A program made the position numbers and the translations under genes. A stretch of 64,000 bases of DNA from contig JBFOMH010000005.1 of NCBI GenBank assembly GCA_040830765.1, positions 352,001 to 416,000 on the forward strand. The letters are read 5' to 3'. Position 1 is the first letter of the stretch. Each line of letters starts with the position of its first letter. Source of the stretch: Puniceicoccaceae bacterium. GTDB lineage: Bacteria > Verrucomicrobiota > Verrucomicrobiia > Opitutales > Oceanipulchritudinaceae. The notes under the pieces are model-generated. The model did not search any database. It saw only the letters and a list, made by a program, of their open reading frames with translations, and had not been told where the DNA came from. This document shows positions 18,631 to 27,966 of this stretch, one piece after another.

Positions 18631-18743
18631 CCGAAAATCCTTCTGAAGTCAGTAGGTCATTATCCCAGCCTGTGGCAGGATAATGCGAACCTTATTTTCA
18701 TGGGCAGCGGACCTCCCACCAGTGGACAGCCGCGAGGACGTCT

Positions 18744-19853
18744 TTATTTCAGCAAATACATCCAGCTGCCAACCGGTTCGACTCCGCTCTCCGGCAGGTA
18801 CATCCAGATGTTGGCATCCAGCGAGTAGACAAAGGGTGCGTTGGTGACTTCAATCCAACCAATCCATCCCGCAGTGTCCACGTAGCGGAAGTCCCAGACA
18901 TCATACCCGGCCCATGACCCGGTCACCGTTCCTTGACCATCCGATTGCACGGCCTCGGGGAACCAGTCCGTCTGCATGAGACGGGCCGTTCCCAACTGAT
19001 GGTACGGTGTGTCTTCATTCCCGACTTCATTGGTGTAGCTGGACTCGTCTTTGTTTTCGTAATTCTCCACGACAAAGAAATCCGGCAACGCATTGTTATC
19101 GCGCAGCACTTGGACAAACCGCTCCGTATCATTCGGATAGCCGGTGCCGGATGAGTTGGGGGAAACAATGATCCCGACCCGATGTCCCCGGTCCTTGGCC
19201 CACTTCACCGCATCGAGGATCCAGTCATGGTACTTGCGGATGGCCGGATTGGAGTTGTTCATCCGCCGCCAGTAGACAGTCGGGGGAATGTCGATCGTCA
19301 TCCCCCCGGAAATTTCAATCACTTGCTGAAAATCAGTCCGGTCGGAGACGTAGTTGTTTTCCAATGTTGTCCAGTAATCCGGCATATTCTGGTACTCGAA
19401 GGTGGCATAGACGGCTGTCTCCGCTGAAATGCCAAGGTCACGGTAGGCCTGGACGGTCTTGCGCCAGTCCTCGACCCCCACCACTCGCGCACTGGAGTAG
19501 GCATTCACCGTAATGTAGGCCGGCCGGATGCCGCGGTTGTGGTAACGGGTCCGGTAGGCGTTTTGCCGGGATGTGTAGTTGTTGGTACTGTGCCCCATCT
19601 CAATGCCCCACTTGTGATCCTTCCAGAGCTCGATGATGCCCAGCTTTTCGGCCTCCGTGGTACGCTGATCCCAGCCCACACTGTGGATGTAGACATGTCC
19701 GCCATCGGCGCGATACATCGTCGAGTTCTCCGCCACTGCCAGCTGGCCGCAGCCAGAGACTCCTCCGACGTAGATCTCTTCCTGAGCGTTAGCACTCATT
19801 GCCGCCATCATACATCCGCAGACCGCAATTTTTAGTTGGGTTGGGGTAACCAT
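18744..19853 (-). CDS. Secreted uncharacterised protein, possible TIM-barrel glycoside hydrolase, with Trp-rich C-terminal domain
   Basis: Signal peptide ending AMSANA; alternating beta/alpha pattern with GIEMG, TFEYQN, FVVENY; ends WAGYDV...VDTAGWIGWIEV...WMYLLK. Start uncertain (ORF extends to 19949). Confidence 0.6.
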   Translation of the reverse strand: MVTPTQLKIAVCGCMMAAMSANAQEEIYVGGVSGCGQLAVAENSTMYRADGGHVYIHSVGWDQRTTEAEKLGIIELWKDHKWGIEMGHSTNNYTSRQNAYRTRYHNRGIRPAYITVNAYSSARVVGVEDWRKTVQAYRDLGISAETAVYATFEYQNMPDYWTTLENNYVSDRTDFQQVIEISGGMTIDIPPTVYWRRMNNSNPAIRKYHDWILDAVKWAKDRGHRVGIIVSPNSSGTGYPNDTERFVQVLRDNNALPDFFVVENYENKDESSYTNEVGNEDTPYHQLGTARLMQTDWFPEAVQSDGQGTVTGSWAGYDVWDFRYVDTAGWIGWIEVTNAPFVYSLDANIWMYLPESGVEPVGSWMYLLK

Positions 19854-20054
19854 TCCACAGTCTTTTAGATCCCCTCCATGTCCCTTCAACCATCCCTTCT
19901 TCATACTGTATGATTCCGCGCTAACTCTCCTCCTCTCCGTAATCCCCACCTTTTTAATAATTATTAATTGATTTCTGCGAGAATTTCCGGAGAGTCGGGA
20001 GGATCCTCCGGCAATCCGGTCACCTCAAGCCCATCCAGACCCAACTATCCAATC

Positions 20055-21995
20055 ATGTCTCATCCAGACCTCCTCCAACGCCTCAATGCCCTTGTAGAAA
20101 CCCCCTTTGGGGACCTTGAGGCCTGTCTTGAGCACTACCGGAAGCATTTCCCGAAGCGTGTAGGCAAATACCACCAGGAAGAGGTGGGCCCGATATACCA
20201 CCATGACTTGCCCGGGGAAGCGGACCGCTTTGTGGCCAAGGAGTTTCATCTCGGGGAAGGGACGCTGGACATGTCGGACGGGCTTGACTGGTACGCCACG
20301 GCGACCGGCGACCTTGAGTGGAACGGGGGTCTGGTGCGCCATGGTTACTTCATGCTCTTGGCGGCGGAATACGAGCGGACAGGCAAGGAGATCTATGCCG
20401 AGACGATTCTGGAGCACATGCTGCACTACATCGAGCATGTGCCGGTGTTTGATCCTGCCGGAAAGCCCTACCTGGAGTACAAGAAATCGACTTGGCGACC
20501 ATTTGAAGCGGCTGGACGGGCGGCGGAGACCTGGCCGGAAGCACTGGCCAAAATCATTAACAGCCCGGCGATGACGCCGGAGGCCTGGGCGAAGATTCTC
20601 ATTTCGGTCCACGAGCATGCAGTCTTTCTGCGGAAGGAACATTGGCAGACCGGCAATCATGCGACGCTGGAAGTAGCGGCTGTGGGGATCATCGCCTGTT
20701 TTTTCCAGGAGTTTCGGGAACGGGATACCTGGCTGGCCTATGCGGTTGAATTCCTCGACGGCATGTGGACGGATCTGTTTGCCGAGGATGGATACTCGAG
20801 GGAGATGTCGGGCAGCTATCACTGGGTGGCCATGCGGAGCTACTTCTCCTTTTATGAAGTGGCCTGTGCCAACGGTTTCGAACACCTCTTTCCGCCCCAT
20901 TACCGGGAGCGTCTTGTCCAGAACAGCTATGCGGAGCTTTACCAGGACAAGCCCGACCAGTCCACGCCGATCAGCAACGATTCCAGTTCAACGATTAACC
21001 GCCGAGAACAACTGGAGCGCATGCACCGGTTGCTCGACCTTCCGGAAATCAGTAATTTCCTCAATGGCGGCACGGAGCTCAGCAACCCACCGGTTACCTC
21101 CTATTTCTACCCCCATTCACGCGTGGGAATCATGCGCAGCGACTGGACCCCGCAGGCCAACTACCTTTATTTCGACATGGGTCCATGGGGCGACAACCAC
21201 ATGAACCAGGACCAGCTCTCTGTCGAGGTCTCCGCCAAGGGTCGTCACTTTCTCATCAACGGGGGTAAGTGGCGTTACACCACCTCTGATCCGGATGCCG
21301 AGTGGATGCCATTGGCCAAGTACTTCAAGGCCACGGAGTCCTATAACTGTGTCCTCGTTAACGGATACGGCCAGACTTTCGGTGATGCCGAGGGGCGCAT
21401 GGTCACCACTCCCGAACACGACTATGCCGACGGGATCTTCAGTGCCGGGTTCGGCGAAGAGGTTCCTGGCCGGGATGAAAAGCTCTTCCGGGAACGCGGC
21501 CTCTCCACCTTAATGGAAAACCGCCTTCCCGGCGTAACCCACAGCAGGCAGGTCTTCTTTGCCAAGCCGCATGGCTGGATCATCCGCGACACCATTGAAG
21601 GCCCGGGCATTACACATGCTGACCAACTCTGGCATTTCTTTGAAGGCCCCCTCAAGGCCCTGAATGGGGAACGAACCGCTTGGGCGACGGATTTTCCCGA
21701 CAGCAACCTGGTCATTATCTCGCAAGGCCAGTCCGCCCTCTACGAAGGGCAGCGAGAACCGTTCATCGCCGGGTGGCATTGCCCCTACTATGACCAGTTG
21801 CGTCCTGCCCCGGAACTGCGTTTCACCCAGGAAAGTACCCATAAAATCGTGTTCCATACCCTGCTCCTGCCAATTGAGGGACCGGTTACAGCCATTCCCA
21901 AATTTTCGTGTTCGGAAGATCACTACAGAGTGGAGTACCAGAACCTCCGCTTGCAAATCAAGACACCTTCAGGCTCCGACTGGTCTATTGGTTAA
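20055..21995 (+). CDS. Heparinase II/III-like polysaccharide lyase family protein
   Basis: TGNHATLE, DGYSREMSGSYH, IMRSDW...YLYFDMGPWGDNHMNQDQLSV, HSRQVFF, WIIRDTI; no signal peptide. Confidence 0.85.
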   Translation: MSHPDLLQRLNALVETPFGDLEACLEHYRKHFPKRVGKYHQEEVGPIYHHDLPGEADRFVAKEFHLGEGTLDMSDGLDWYATATGDLEWNGGLVRHGYFMLLAAEYERTGKEIYAETILEHMLHYIEHVPVFDPAGKPYLEYKKSTWRPFEAAGRAAETWPEALAKIINSPAMTPEAWAKILISVHEHAVFLRKEHWQTGNHATLEVAAVGIIACFFQEFRERDTWLAYAVEFLDGMWTDLFAEDGYSREMSGSYHWVAMRSYFSFYEVACANGFEHLFPPHYRERLVQNSYAELYQDKPDQSTPISNDSSSTINRREQLERMHRLLDLPEISNFLNGGTELSNPPVTSYFYPHSRVGIMRSDWTPQANYLYFDMGPWGDNHMNQDQLSVEVSAKGRHFLINGGKWRYTTSDPDAEWMPLAKYFKATESYNCVLVNGYGQTFGDAEGRMVTTPEHDYADGIFSAGFGEEVPGRDEKLFRERGLSTLMENRLPGVTHSRQVFFAKPHGWIIRDTIEGPGITHADQLWHFFEGPLKALNGERTAWATDFPDSNLVIISQGQSALYEGQREPFIAGWHCPYYDQLRPAPELRFTQESTHKIVFHTLLLPIEGPVTAIPKFSCSEDHYRVEYQNLRLQIKTPSGSDWSIG

Positions 21996-22035
21996 TCCGT
22001 AAATCCGACATACCCTTTCACTTCAATTCAAGCCC

Positions 22036-25000
22036 ATGTATCAAACAATCGATCTCTCAACCGACTGGAAAATCTTTCATCTCGACCTCGATGAGGGACT
22101 GCTCGGCAATGCCGGTCGCGCCTACCAACATGATTACGCCCCTTCGGATTGCGTCACTGCAGATGTTCCCATAACCGCGCCGGCAGCCTGGTTGGCAGAT
22201 GGACGCATAGGCGATCCCTACGTGGACATGAACAGCCGCGAAAACTTGTGGATGGAACAAAAGGAGTGGTGGTACCTGAAGGACTTTGATCTGCCCCGCA
22301 CCGACGGTTGCTATCGACTCAACTTCGAGGGGATCAATTACCGGGCCGAGGCCTGGCTCAATGATGTCCAGATTGGCGTCTGGGAGGGCAGTTTCCTGAA
22401 GAAATCGATCGACCTCGATCCCGAGCTCATCAAATCCACCGGCAACCGCCTGGCTGTTCGCGTCCGTGCCCAGGAGCGGGCCTGGGAGGACGGCACTCAA
22501 CCGGATCCCCGCGGCTTCCAGAACAGTTCCGCCCACATTCGGACCCAACGCCCTACTCCACAGTATGCCTACGGCTGGAACTGGTCGCCCCACTTGATTG
22601 CGGTGGGCATCTGGCGCCCGGTCACCCTCGAGTGGATGGAAACGGCCCGCTTTTCGGATACGCGGATACATTCCGATGTATCCGATGACCTCAAGACAGG
22701 GACAATCCGTTTTACGGGAGCCGTGGAGGCTCTGGCAGAAGCCACCGATGGACTGTCGTTGGACATAGAAGTCACCCACCCCGGCGGATCCACCACGCAA
22801 AAGAAGGAAGCGATCTCCGGGAGCAGCATCGATACCCTTTTGGAAGTCCCCGATCCCGCCCTCTGGTTTCCCAATGGCTTCGGGGAACAACCGCTTTATA
22901 CATTCGTATTCCGTCTGGTCGCGAGCGACGGGGAGATCCTTGACGTTCGTCAACGACGACTCGGTTTCCGGCGAGTTGAATTCATTCCCAATACCAATGA
23001 CATCGCCGTCCAGGCTGAGAGCGGCCAGAGCAACCGCATGTGGTCGATTGTTGGCAATCCCTATCCATGGACCATGGTCGTTAACGGACTCCGGATCTTT
23101 TCCAAGGGGACCAACTGGTGCCCGGTCGACAACCTCTATCGGGACCGGGATGCTCACATAACGCGCCTCCTGGAGCTGGCCCGCGATGCCCACTATGTCT
23201 TCATCCGCGTCTGGGGCGGAGGGCTCACCGAGTCCGACCATTTTTATGACTGCTGTGACGAGATGGGCCTGCTCTGCCTGCAGGAATTCTGGTTTGCCTG
23301 CGGATCCGCACCGGCGATGGACTACGGCATCTTCTTGGAAAATGCCGAGAGCGAATTGATCCGCCTGCGCGAACGCACCTCCATCGCGATGTGGGGCGGC
23401 GGCAACGAGTTCAATCCTGACAATCACGAGAACCGGCCCATTATCAATTTGATTGCGGACCTTGTTGAAAAGGTAGATGGGACACGCGAGTTCCGGCGCG
23501 GCTCTCCCTACAAGGGCGACCGGCACGGGGGCCTTGTATCGACGCCCTACTACACGACGAACAAATACCGTGACCTTCTCCCGGGCCGCAAGCGCCTGGT
23601 CCTGCTCCGGAGCGAGTGCGCCGTCGGCCGGTCCCCCACCCGACCGGACCATATCCGGAAATTTGTCCCGGAAGACAAGCTGTGGCCAATCGACTGGGAA
23701 GTGTACCAGAACCACCACGCCCAGAGCCCGGAATGGGAGATGGTCTCCCAGCCATTCGGGCCCGCCAAGACATGGGAACAGGCGCTTCTCCACGCCTCCG
23801 TCTTCCATTGCATGGACAGCCGCATGAACATGGAATTTGCCCGTGCCAGCAAATACGAGAGTTCCGGTTGCTGGACCTGGCAGCTCAATGCCTCCTGGCC
23901 CTCCTTCCACCGCGAACACGTTGACTGGTACGGCGCCCCAAAGCCGGTCTACTACTGGTACAAGAATGCCTGCAAGCCGGTCATCACCCTCGCTGATTTC
24001 GAGCGTTTTGTCTATCATCCGGGCGAACCGCTCAATCCGGAGATCATCGCCGTCAACGATACGCACAGACCTGTTGCAACGGTTGTCGAAATGAAGGTTT
24101 ACTCCCTCGACGGATCCTTGCTTCATGAAGCAACTCAGTCAGTGACCATACCTGCCGATGACCGCACCTCCCTGGGTCAGATGGATTACACCATTCCGGT
24201 GAATCTCACACGCAAAGCCCTTTACCTCTCGCTTACCACCAGCGTGGACGGGGCAGTCGTCCACCGGAACACTTACTACATCGCAATCTCCCCCGACACC
24301 GTGCAGGCAACTGCAATCGAACTGGGAACCGACATGACTCTGCACTACATGGGCAAGACGGAAAAAGTCAGTGCTCCTCATTACTATACCTTGATGGAAA
24401 TAGTCGATGAACCAACGGAGCACGACAAGGAGCAGAAGCAGGCTTCCGCCAGTGAACTGGATGCTGTCTACAGCACGCGTTTTGCTGTACCGGACCACCT
24501 CTCCGGTAAGGACTTGGAAATCTTCCTGCCCGGCCCATCTGCGGATGACGTGGTCAAGTTGAACGGGACGGTCATCGGCGAAGGTCTCATTGACCTCGAA
24601 AATGAATGGAACTACGAGGCCGATCCGCTGCGTTGGCCAAATCTTCCCAACCGGCACTACCCGATCCCGACTTCCCTCCTCAAGGCCGAAGACAACGTTT
24701 TGGAGATCCAGCTCAGCGGCCAGCGCATTGCCTCCCGGACAGACAAGCGCTTCGGGCTCACCCGCATGTTCTACTTACGCGAAGCGACACCTGTCGACCA
24801 GCAGACAGAGCTCGCCGAATACAACCAGCAAATGGAATTCTTCAGGCCCATTGTCGAGGGACCCCGGGCACACCTGGGAGCGGAAGTCCTGGCAGATGCC
24901 TCCGGCGATGGCATATCCCTCCGGATCACCAATTCAGGCCCCGCCAGTGCCGCCTTCCTTACCCTGGACCTGACCAACGAGGGGGCAACCCGCTTCACCT

Positions 25001-25140
25001 TTGATGAAGGAGCACCCGCTGCCCTGCATCCAGATGAAAGTATTGAGGTGTCCCTGGACGTCGAAGGCGAGCTATCTCCCAATGCCGCCCTGGCCATTCG
25101 CTGCCTCAATGCGGATGCTTTGAATGTTCCAATTCCCTAA
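22036..25140 (+). CDS. Glycoside hydrolase family 2, beta-mannosidase-like, with extra C-terminal jelly-roll domain
   Basis: LNFEGINYRAEAWLN, YGWNW, LWFPNGFGEQPLY, KGTNWCP, RVWGGG, WGGGNE (acid/base), SE (nucleophile), WQLNASWP; no signal peptide. Confidence 0.92.
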   Translation: MYQTIDLSTDWKIFHLDLDEGLLGNAGRAYQHDYAPSDCVTADVPITAPAAWLADGRIGDPYVDMNSRENLWMEQKEWWYLKDFDLPRTDGCYRLNFEGINYRAEAWLNDVQIGVWEGSFLKKSIDLDPELIKSTGNRLAVRVRAQERAWEDGTQPDPRGFQNSSAHIRTQRPTPQYAYGWNWSPHLIAVGIWRPVTLEWMETARFSDTRIHSDVSDDLKTGTIRFTGAVEALAEATDGLSLDIEVTHPGGSTTQKKEAISGSSIDTLLEVPDPALWFPNGFGEQPLYTFVFRLVASDGEILDVRQRRLGFRRVEFIPNTNDIAVQAESGQSNRMWSIVGNPYPWTMVVNGLRIFSKGTNWCPVDNLYRDRDAHITRLLELARDAHYVFIRVWGGGLTESDHFYDCCDEMGLLCLQEFWFACGSAPAMDYGIFLENAESELIRLRERTSIAMWGGGNEFNPDNHENRPIINLIADLVEKVDGTREFRRGSPYKGDRHGGLVSTPYYTTNKYRDLLPGRKRLVLLRSECAVGRSPTRPDHIRKFVPEDKLWPIDWEVYQNHHAQSPEWEMVSQPFGPAKTWEQALLHASVFHCMDSRMNMEFARASKYESSGCWTWQLNASWPSFHREHVDWYGAPKPVYYWYKNACKPVITLADFERFVYHPGEPLNPEIIAVNDTHRPVATVVEMKVYSLDGSLLHEATQSVTIPADDRTSLGQMDYTIPVNLTRKALYLSLTTSVDGAVVHRNTYYIAISPDTVQATAIELGTDMTLHYMGKTEKVSAPHYYTLMEIVDEPTEHDKEQKQASASELDAVYSTRFAVPDHLSGKDLEIFLPGPSADDVVKLNGTVIGEGLIDLENEWNYEADPLRWPNLPNRHYPIPTSLLKAEDNVLEIQLSGQRIASRTDKRFGLTRMFYLREATPVDQQTELAEYNQQMEFFRPIVEGPRAHLGAEVLADASGDGISLRITNSGPASAAFLTLDLTNEGATRFTFDEGAPAALHPDESIEVSLDVEGELSPNAALAIRCLNADALNVPIP

Positions 25141-25211
25141 AAAGCGCCGGACCTGCTTGCGCCATCGAAAACTTATACTATCTATTAGAATAATTAAACA
25201 AGATTGCCATT

Positions 25212-25604
25212 ATGAAACTATTAAAACTCACATTCGCTGTTATTGGACTCGCCATCTTCACCTCATCCGCCGTCGCCGGAGACTATCCGGACTTGTCGGT
25301 TGATGAGCTCCACCAGGCCATTGAGGCCAATGAAGTGGTCGTCCTTGATGCCAACGGTTCCAAGCGCTACGCCAGTGGACACATTCCGGGTGCGATTGAC
25401 TTCGCCTCCACCAAGGATTTGTCGTCTGTCCTGCCGGAGGACAAGGGAACCCTCATTGTCGCCTACTGTGGCGGCCCGCGCTGCTCCGCCTTCAAGAAGG
25501 CTGCCAAGGCAGCCGAGAAACTGGGCTACACCAACGTCAAGCACCTCTCCGCCGGAATCAGTGGCTGGAAGGATGCCGGTAAGCCAGTGGAAAAGGTGAA
25601 CTAA
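25212..25604 (+). CDS. Secreted rhodanese-like domain protein
   Basis: Signal peptide; GHIPGAI; YCGGPRC; GYTNVKHLSAGISGWKDAG. Confidence 0.92.
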   Translation: MKLLKLTFAVIGLAIFTSSAVAGDYPDLSVDELHQAIEANEVVVLDANGSKRYASGHIPGAIDFASTKDLSSVLPEDKGTLIVAYCGGPRCSAFKKAAKAAEKLGYTNVKHLSAGISGWKDAGKPVEKVN

Positions 25605-25627
25605 GCCACTGCATTATAGAATTGCCA

Positions 25628-25662
25628 GGCCCGCCTCCCTGAAAATGGGTGGCGGGCTTTTT
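25628..25662 (+). terminator. Intrinsic terminator after the rhodanese gene
   Basis: GCCCGCC...GGCGGGC stem followed by TTTTT. Confidence 0.8.
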
Positions 25663-25721
25663 CATACCTGTAGACCCCAAATTAATTGATCCGGGATCAA
25701 TTCCGGCTATCGTGTGTTGAG

Positions 25722-26198
25722 GTGAAAGAATTCAAACCAGTCCCGGATATTGCCAGCTTGGACACAATGCTCTCCTCGGTGTCGTTCCTTGGTGGTATCA
25801 CGGGCGAGCAAAGGAAGTGTGTCTATGACTATCTAGAATGCGCTTCCTACCGGAAAGGCGAATACATCACCCAGCACGGGGAGGAGCCCTCCCACATCTA
25901 CATCATCAAGAGCGGGTCCGTGGATCTCATTATCGAGGATGAGGAGGTCACTGTCGTCAAGCGGACCTTCAGGGAAGGTGACTTCTTTGGCGAAGCGGCT
26001 ATGCTCTCGCTGATCAACAACACGGCATCCTTCCGGGCCGCCGAGGAAAGCGAGATAATCGTCTTTTCCAGAAAGGCCTTCAACCGCCTGCGCAAGGAAG
26101 ACCCCAATGTCTTCTCCCACCTCATTCTCAACCTGGCCCGTGAATTGGCCCGCAAGCTCCAGTTTTCGGATGAGATCCTGCTGCACCCGAAGCGCTGA
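25722..26198 (+). CDS. Stand-alone cyclic nucleotide-binding domain protein
   Basis: GEYITQHGE...IYIIKSGSV...GDFFGEAAML...ASFRA; no C-terminal HTH. Start placed at GTG 25722 because the TTG at 25686 lies in an operator-like palindrome. Confidence 0.85.
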   Translation: MKEFKPVPDIASLDTMLSSVSFLGGITGEQRKCVYDYLECASYRKGEYITQHGEEPSHIYIIKSGSVDLIIEDEEVTVVKRTFREGDFFGEAAMLSLINNTASFRAAEESEIIVFSRKAFNRLRKEDPNVFSHLILNLARELARKLQFSDEILLHPKR

Positions 26199-26245
26199 TC
26201 GGGGAAAGGATTCGAGGCTAATCGATCGCGTTTGCTTCCGAGCCT

Positions 26246-26986
26246 CTAGCCGCTCTTCTGGTCGTGCTCGACCTGCTCCAGGCTGGCTTCCCATTCCTGC
26301 AATTGCTGGGCCTTGTCGAAGAGGACGTTCTCGCTTTGTTCGATGAACGCCTCGCGCTCACGCAGGAAGGCCACCTGCTCCTCCAGGGAAAGATCCGTAA
26401 CGGCTTCATAGCCATCATCATCCTGCCCATCGGATTGGGCCGCGGCTTCCTTCAATTGCTCGATCTCAGCCCGGAGACTGGCAATCAGTTCCTCTTTCTC
26501 TGCCATCAACTGGCGGGCCTCCTGCAACTCCTGTTGGACAACGATAGGGGGCTGTGGCTTGTCCAGACCAAGGTGATGGGAAACATTTTCGGCCAACCGG
26601 GAGTTGATTTCAGTTTCCCGCTGGTCGAGTTGCTTTTCCCGGGTCTCAAGAAGGACTTCCAGTTCCCGTGCTGCCCGGATCCGCTCTAGGGATTCTTCCT
26701 TGAGCCGGGCAATCTTGTCCGTTTCAGCAATGATTTCCGCCTCACCGGGTTCTTCCCCCATGAAGCAGTCAATCTGTGTCGGATCGGCATCCTCAACAGC
26801 ATTGACCTTTGTCGGGTCAGTCCGCTTCAGAATGGTGTCGATTGATGGTCGGGGTAAACTGATCCGCTTCCGTTTCTTGCGCTGTTCGAGTCCTTTGCGC
26901 GGATCCGGAAAGGTCCGGGGGTCCGGAAATTTCCTTGGATCGGGAAAGTTTACCACTTCGGGAATCTGCTCTGGAGCCGCACTCAT
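26246..26986 (-). CDS. Hypothetical coiled-coil protein
   Basis: Three FPDPR(K/T) repeats, basic RKKRKR patch and long E/Q/L heptad stretches; third gene of the ParA cluster. Confidence 0.75.
   Translation of the reverse strand: MSAAPEQIPEVVNFPDPRKFPDPRTFPDPRKGLEQRKKRKRISLPRPSIDTILKRTDPTKVNAVEDADPTQIDCFMGEEPGEAEIIAETDKIARLKEESLERIRAARELEVLLETREKQLDQRETEINSRLAENVSHHLGLDKPQPPIVVQQELQEARQLMAEKEELIASLRAEIEQLKEAAAQSDGQDDDGYEAVTDLSLEEQVAFLREREAFIEQSENVLFDKAQQLQEWEASLEQVEHDQKSG
26894..26947 (-). repeat. Three 18-bp coding tandem units (FPDPRK FPDPRT FPDPRK)
   Basis: Read directly from the sequence; units differ mostly at synonymous positions. Confidence 0.85.
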
Positions 26987-27005
26987 CTCGATGCCTCCCG
27001 GTTGA

Positions 27006-27962
27006 TTAGTTCAAAAAGCTGCCCATGAAACCCTTGAAACGGGGCTTGCCGGGCAGGGCCGCCAGGGCAACAGCAAGGGCCAAGGCTTCCAGTTCCGGGT
27101 CGTCAAGGGAAACAAAAAAGCGCACACTGGAATTGAGGCCGGATTCAATGGCTGCCCGCAGTTCCTGGGCCTGGTCCGGCATCTGCTCAAATCCCTTCAG
27201 CACCTTTTCCTTGACCTGGTTGATGAGTGAAAGCGCTCCCGCCTTTGGCAAAACGTAACTGTCTCCCCATGCCTCCTTGTTACACTTGACGTTGAAAGCG
27301 TAAATGAGGGTGGCGGCCTGCTGATCCGTCAGCTTGCTGGCCATGTGTCCAATCGCCTCGGCAAGGAAAATCCCCTTCGAGCCGTCCCGGATTGGCAGAA
27401 GCTTGCTCAGGGCGACCTGGTCGAAGTTGTTATAGGCCCGCATGAGCTCCCGGTATTCCTCATTGAGAGTGGTCGCGGTCTTGCTCTTTTCAAGGAAGGC
27501 AATCAGTTCGCTGATGGTGTTGTGCTTTCCCTGGCGGCAGGAATCGAGGGTTTCCCGTGAGAATGTCATCAACTCGACCGGCATATCGACCGGTACTTCC
27601 AACAGCTCCAAGGGAGTCTTCGGTTTCTGAACCTCATCGCTGTAGTCATCGAACAACTGGACCATCTCCGCGTAGGGATCATCAAACTGCTTGGTCTCCA
27701 AGAGGATGTTATAGAGCAACGGCAAACGACTGTCCTTGCCATAGAATTCCGGAAGCTGCTTCAAGGCTTCGAGGGAATAGTCAAGATAGCGTGCCGGAGT
27801 TTCTTCCTCACCCCGGATTGGCCACTTGCGGTCAAGGTTCTTGGCCAGGGTGCAGAGATTGATATCTGCCATTTCGCTGTCCTTGAGACTTTCGCGCAAG
27901 GCGTCCCATTCCTCGGCGGTGAAGGTTAACTGAACTGGGTATGCTGTGTTTTGCTGCTTCAT
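27006..27962 (-). CDS. Hypothetical protein with possible RNA polymerase alpha-CTD-like helix-hairpin-helix segments
   Basis: 318-aa ORF starting 4 nt after the parA-like stop; YSLEALKQLPEFYGKDSRL and MPVELMTFSRETLDSC...TISELI resemble parts of alpha-CTD. Confidence 0.6.
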   Translation of the reverse strand: MKQQNTAYPVQLTFTAEEWDALRESLKDSEMADINLCTLAKNLDRKWPIRGEEETPARYLDYSLEALKQLPEFYGKDSRLPLLYNILLETKQFDDPYAEMVQLFDDYSDEVQKPKTPLELLEVPVDMPVELMTFSRETLDSCRQGKHNTISELIAFLEKSKTATTLNEEYRELMRAYNNFDQVALSKLLPIRDGSKGIFLAEAIGHMASKLTDQQAATLIYAFNVKCNKEAWGDSYVLPKAGALSLINQVKEKVLKGFEQMPDQAQELRAAIESGLNSSVRFFVSLDDPELEALALAVALAALPGKPRFKGFMGSFLN

Positions 27963-27966
27963 GTTT

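Noticed and set aside
22057..24126. 689-aa minus-strand ORF
   Set aside because: Lies wholly antisense to the well-supported GH2 gene and has no motifs; typical shadow ORF of GC-rich coding DNA.
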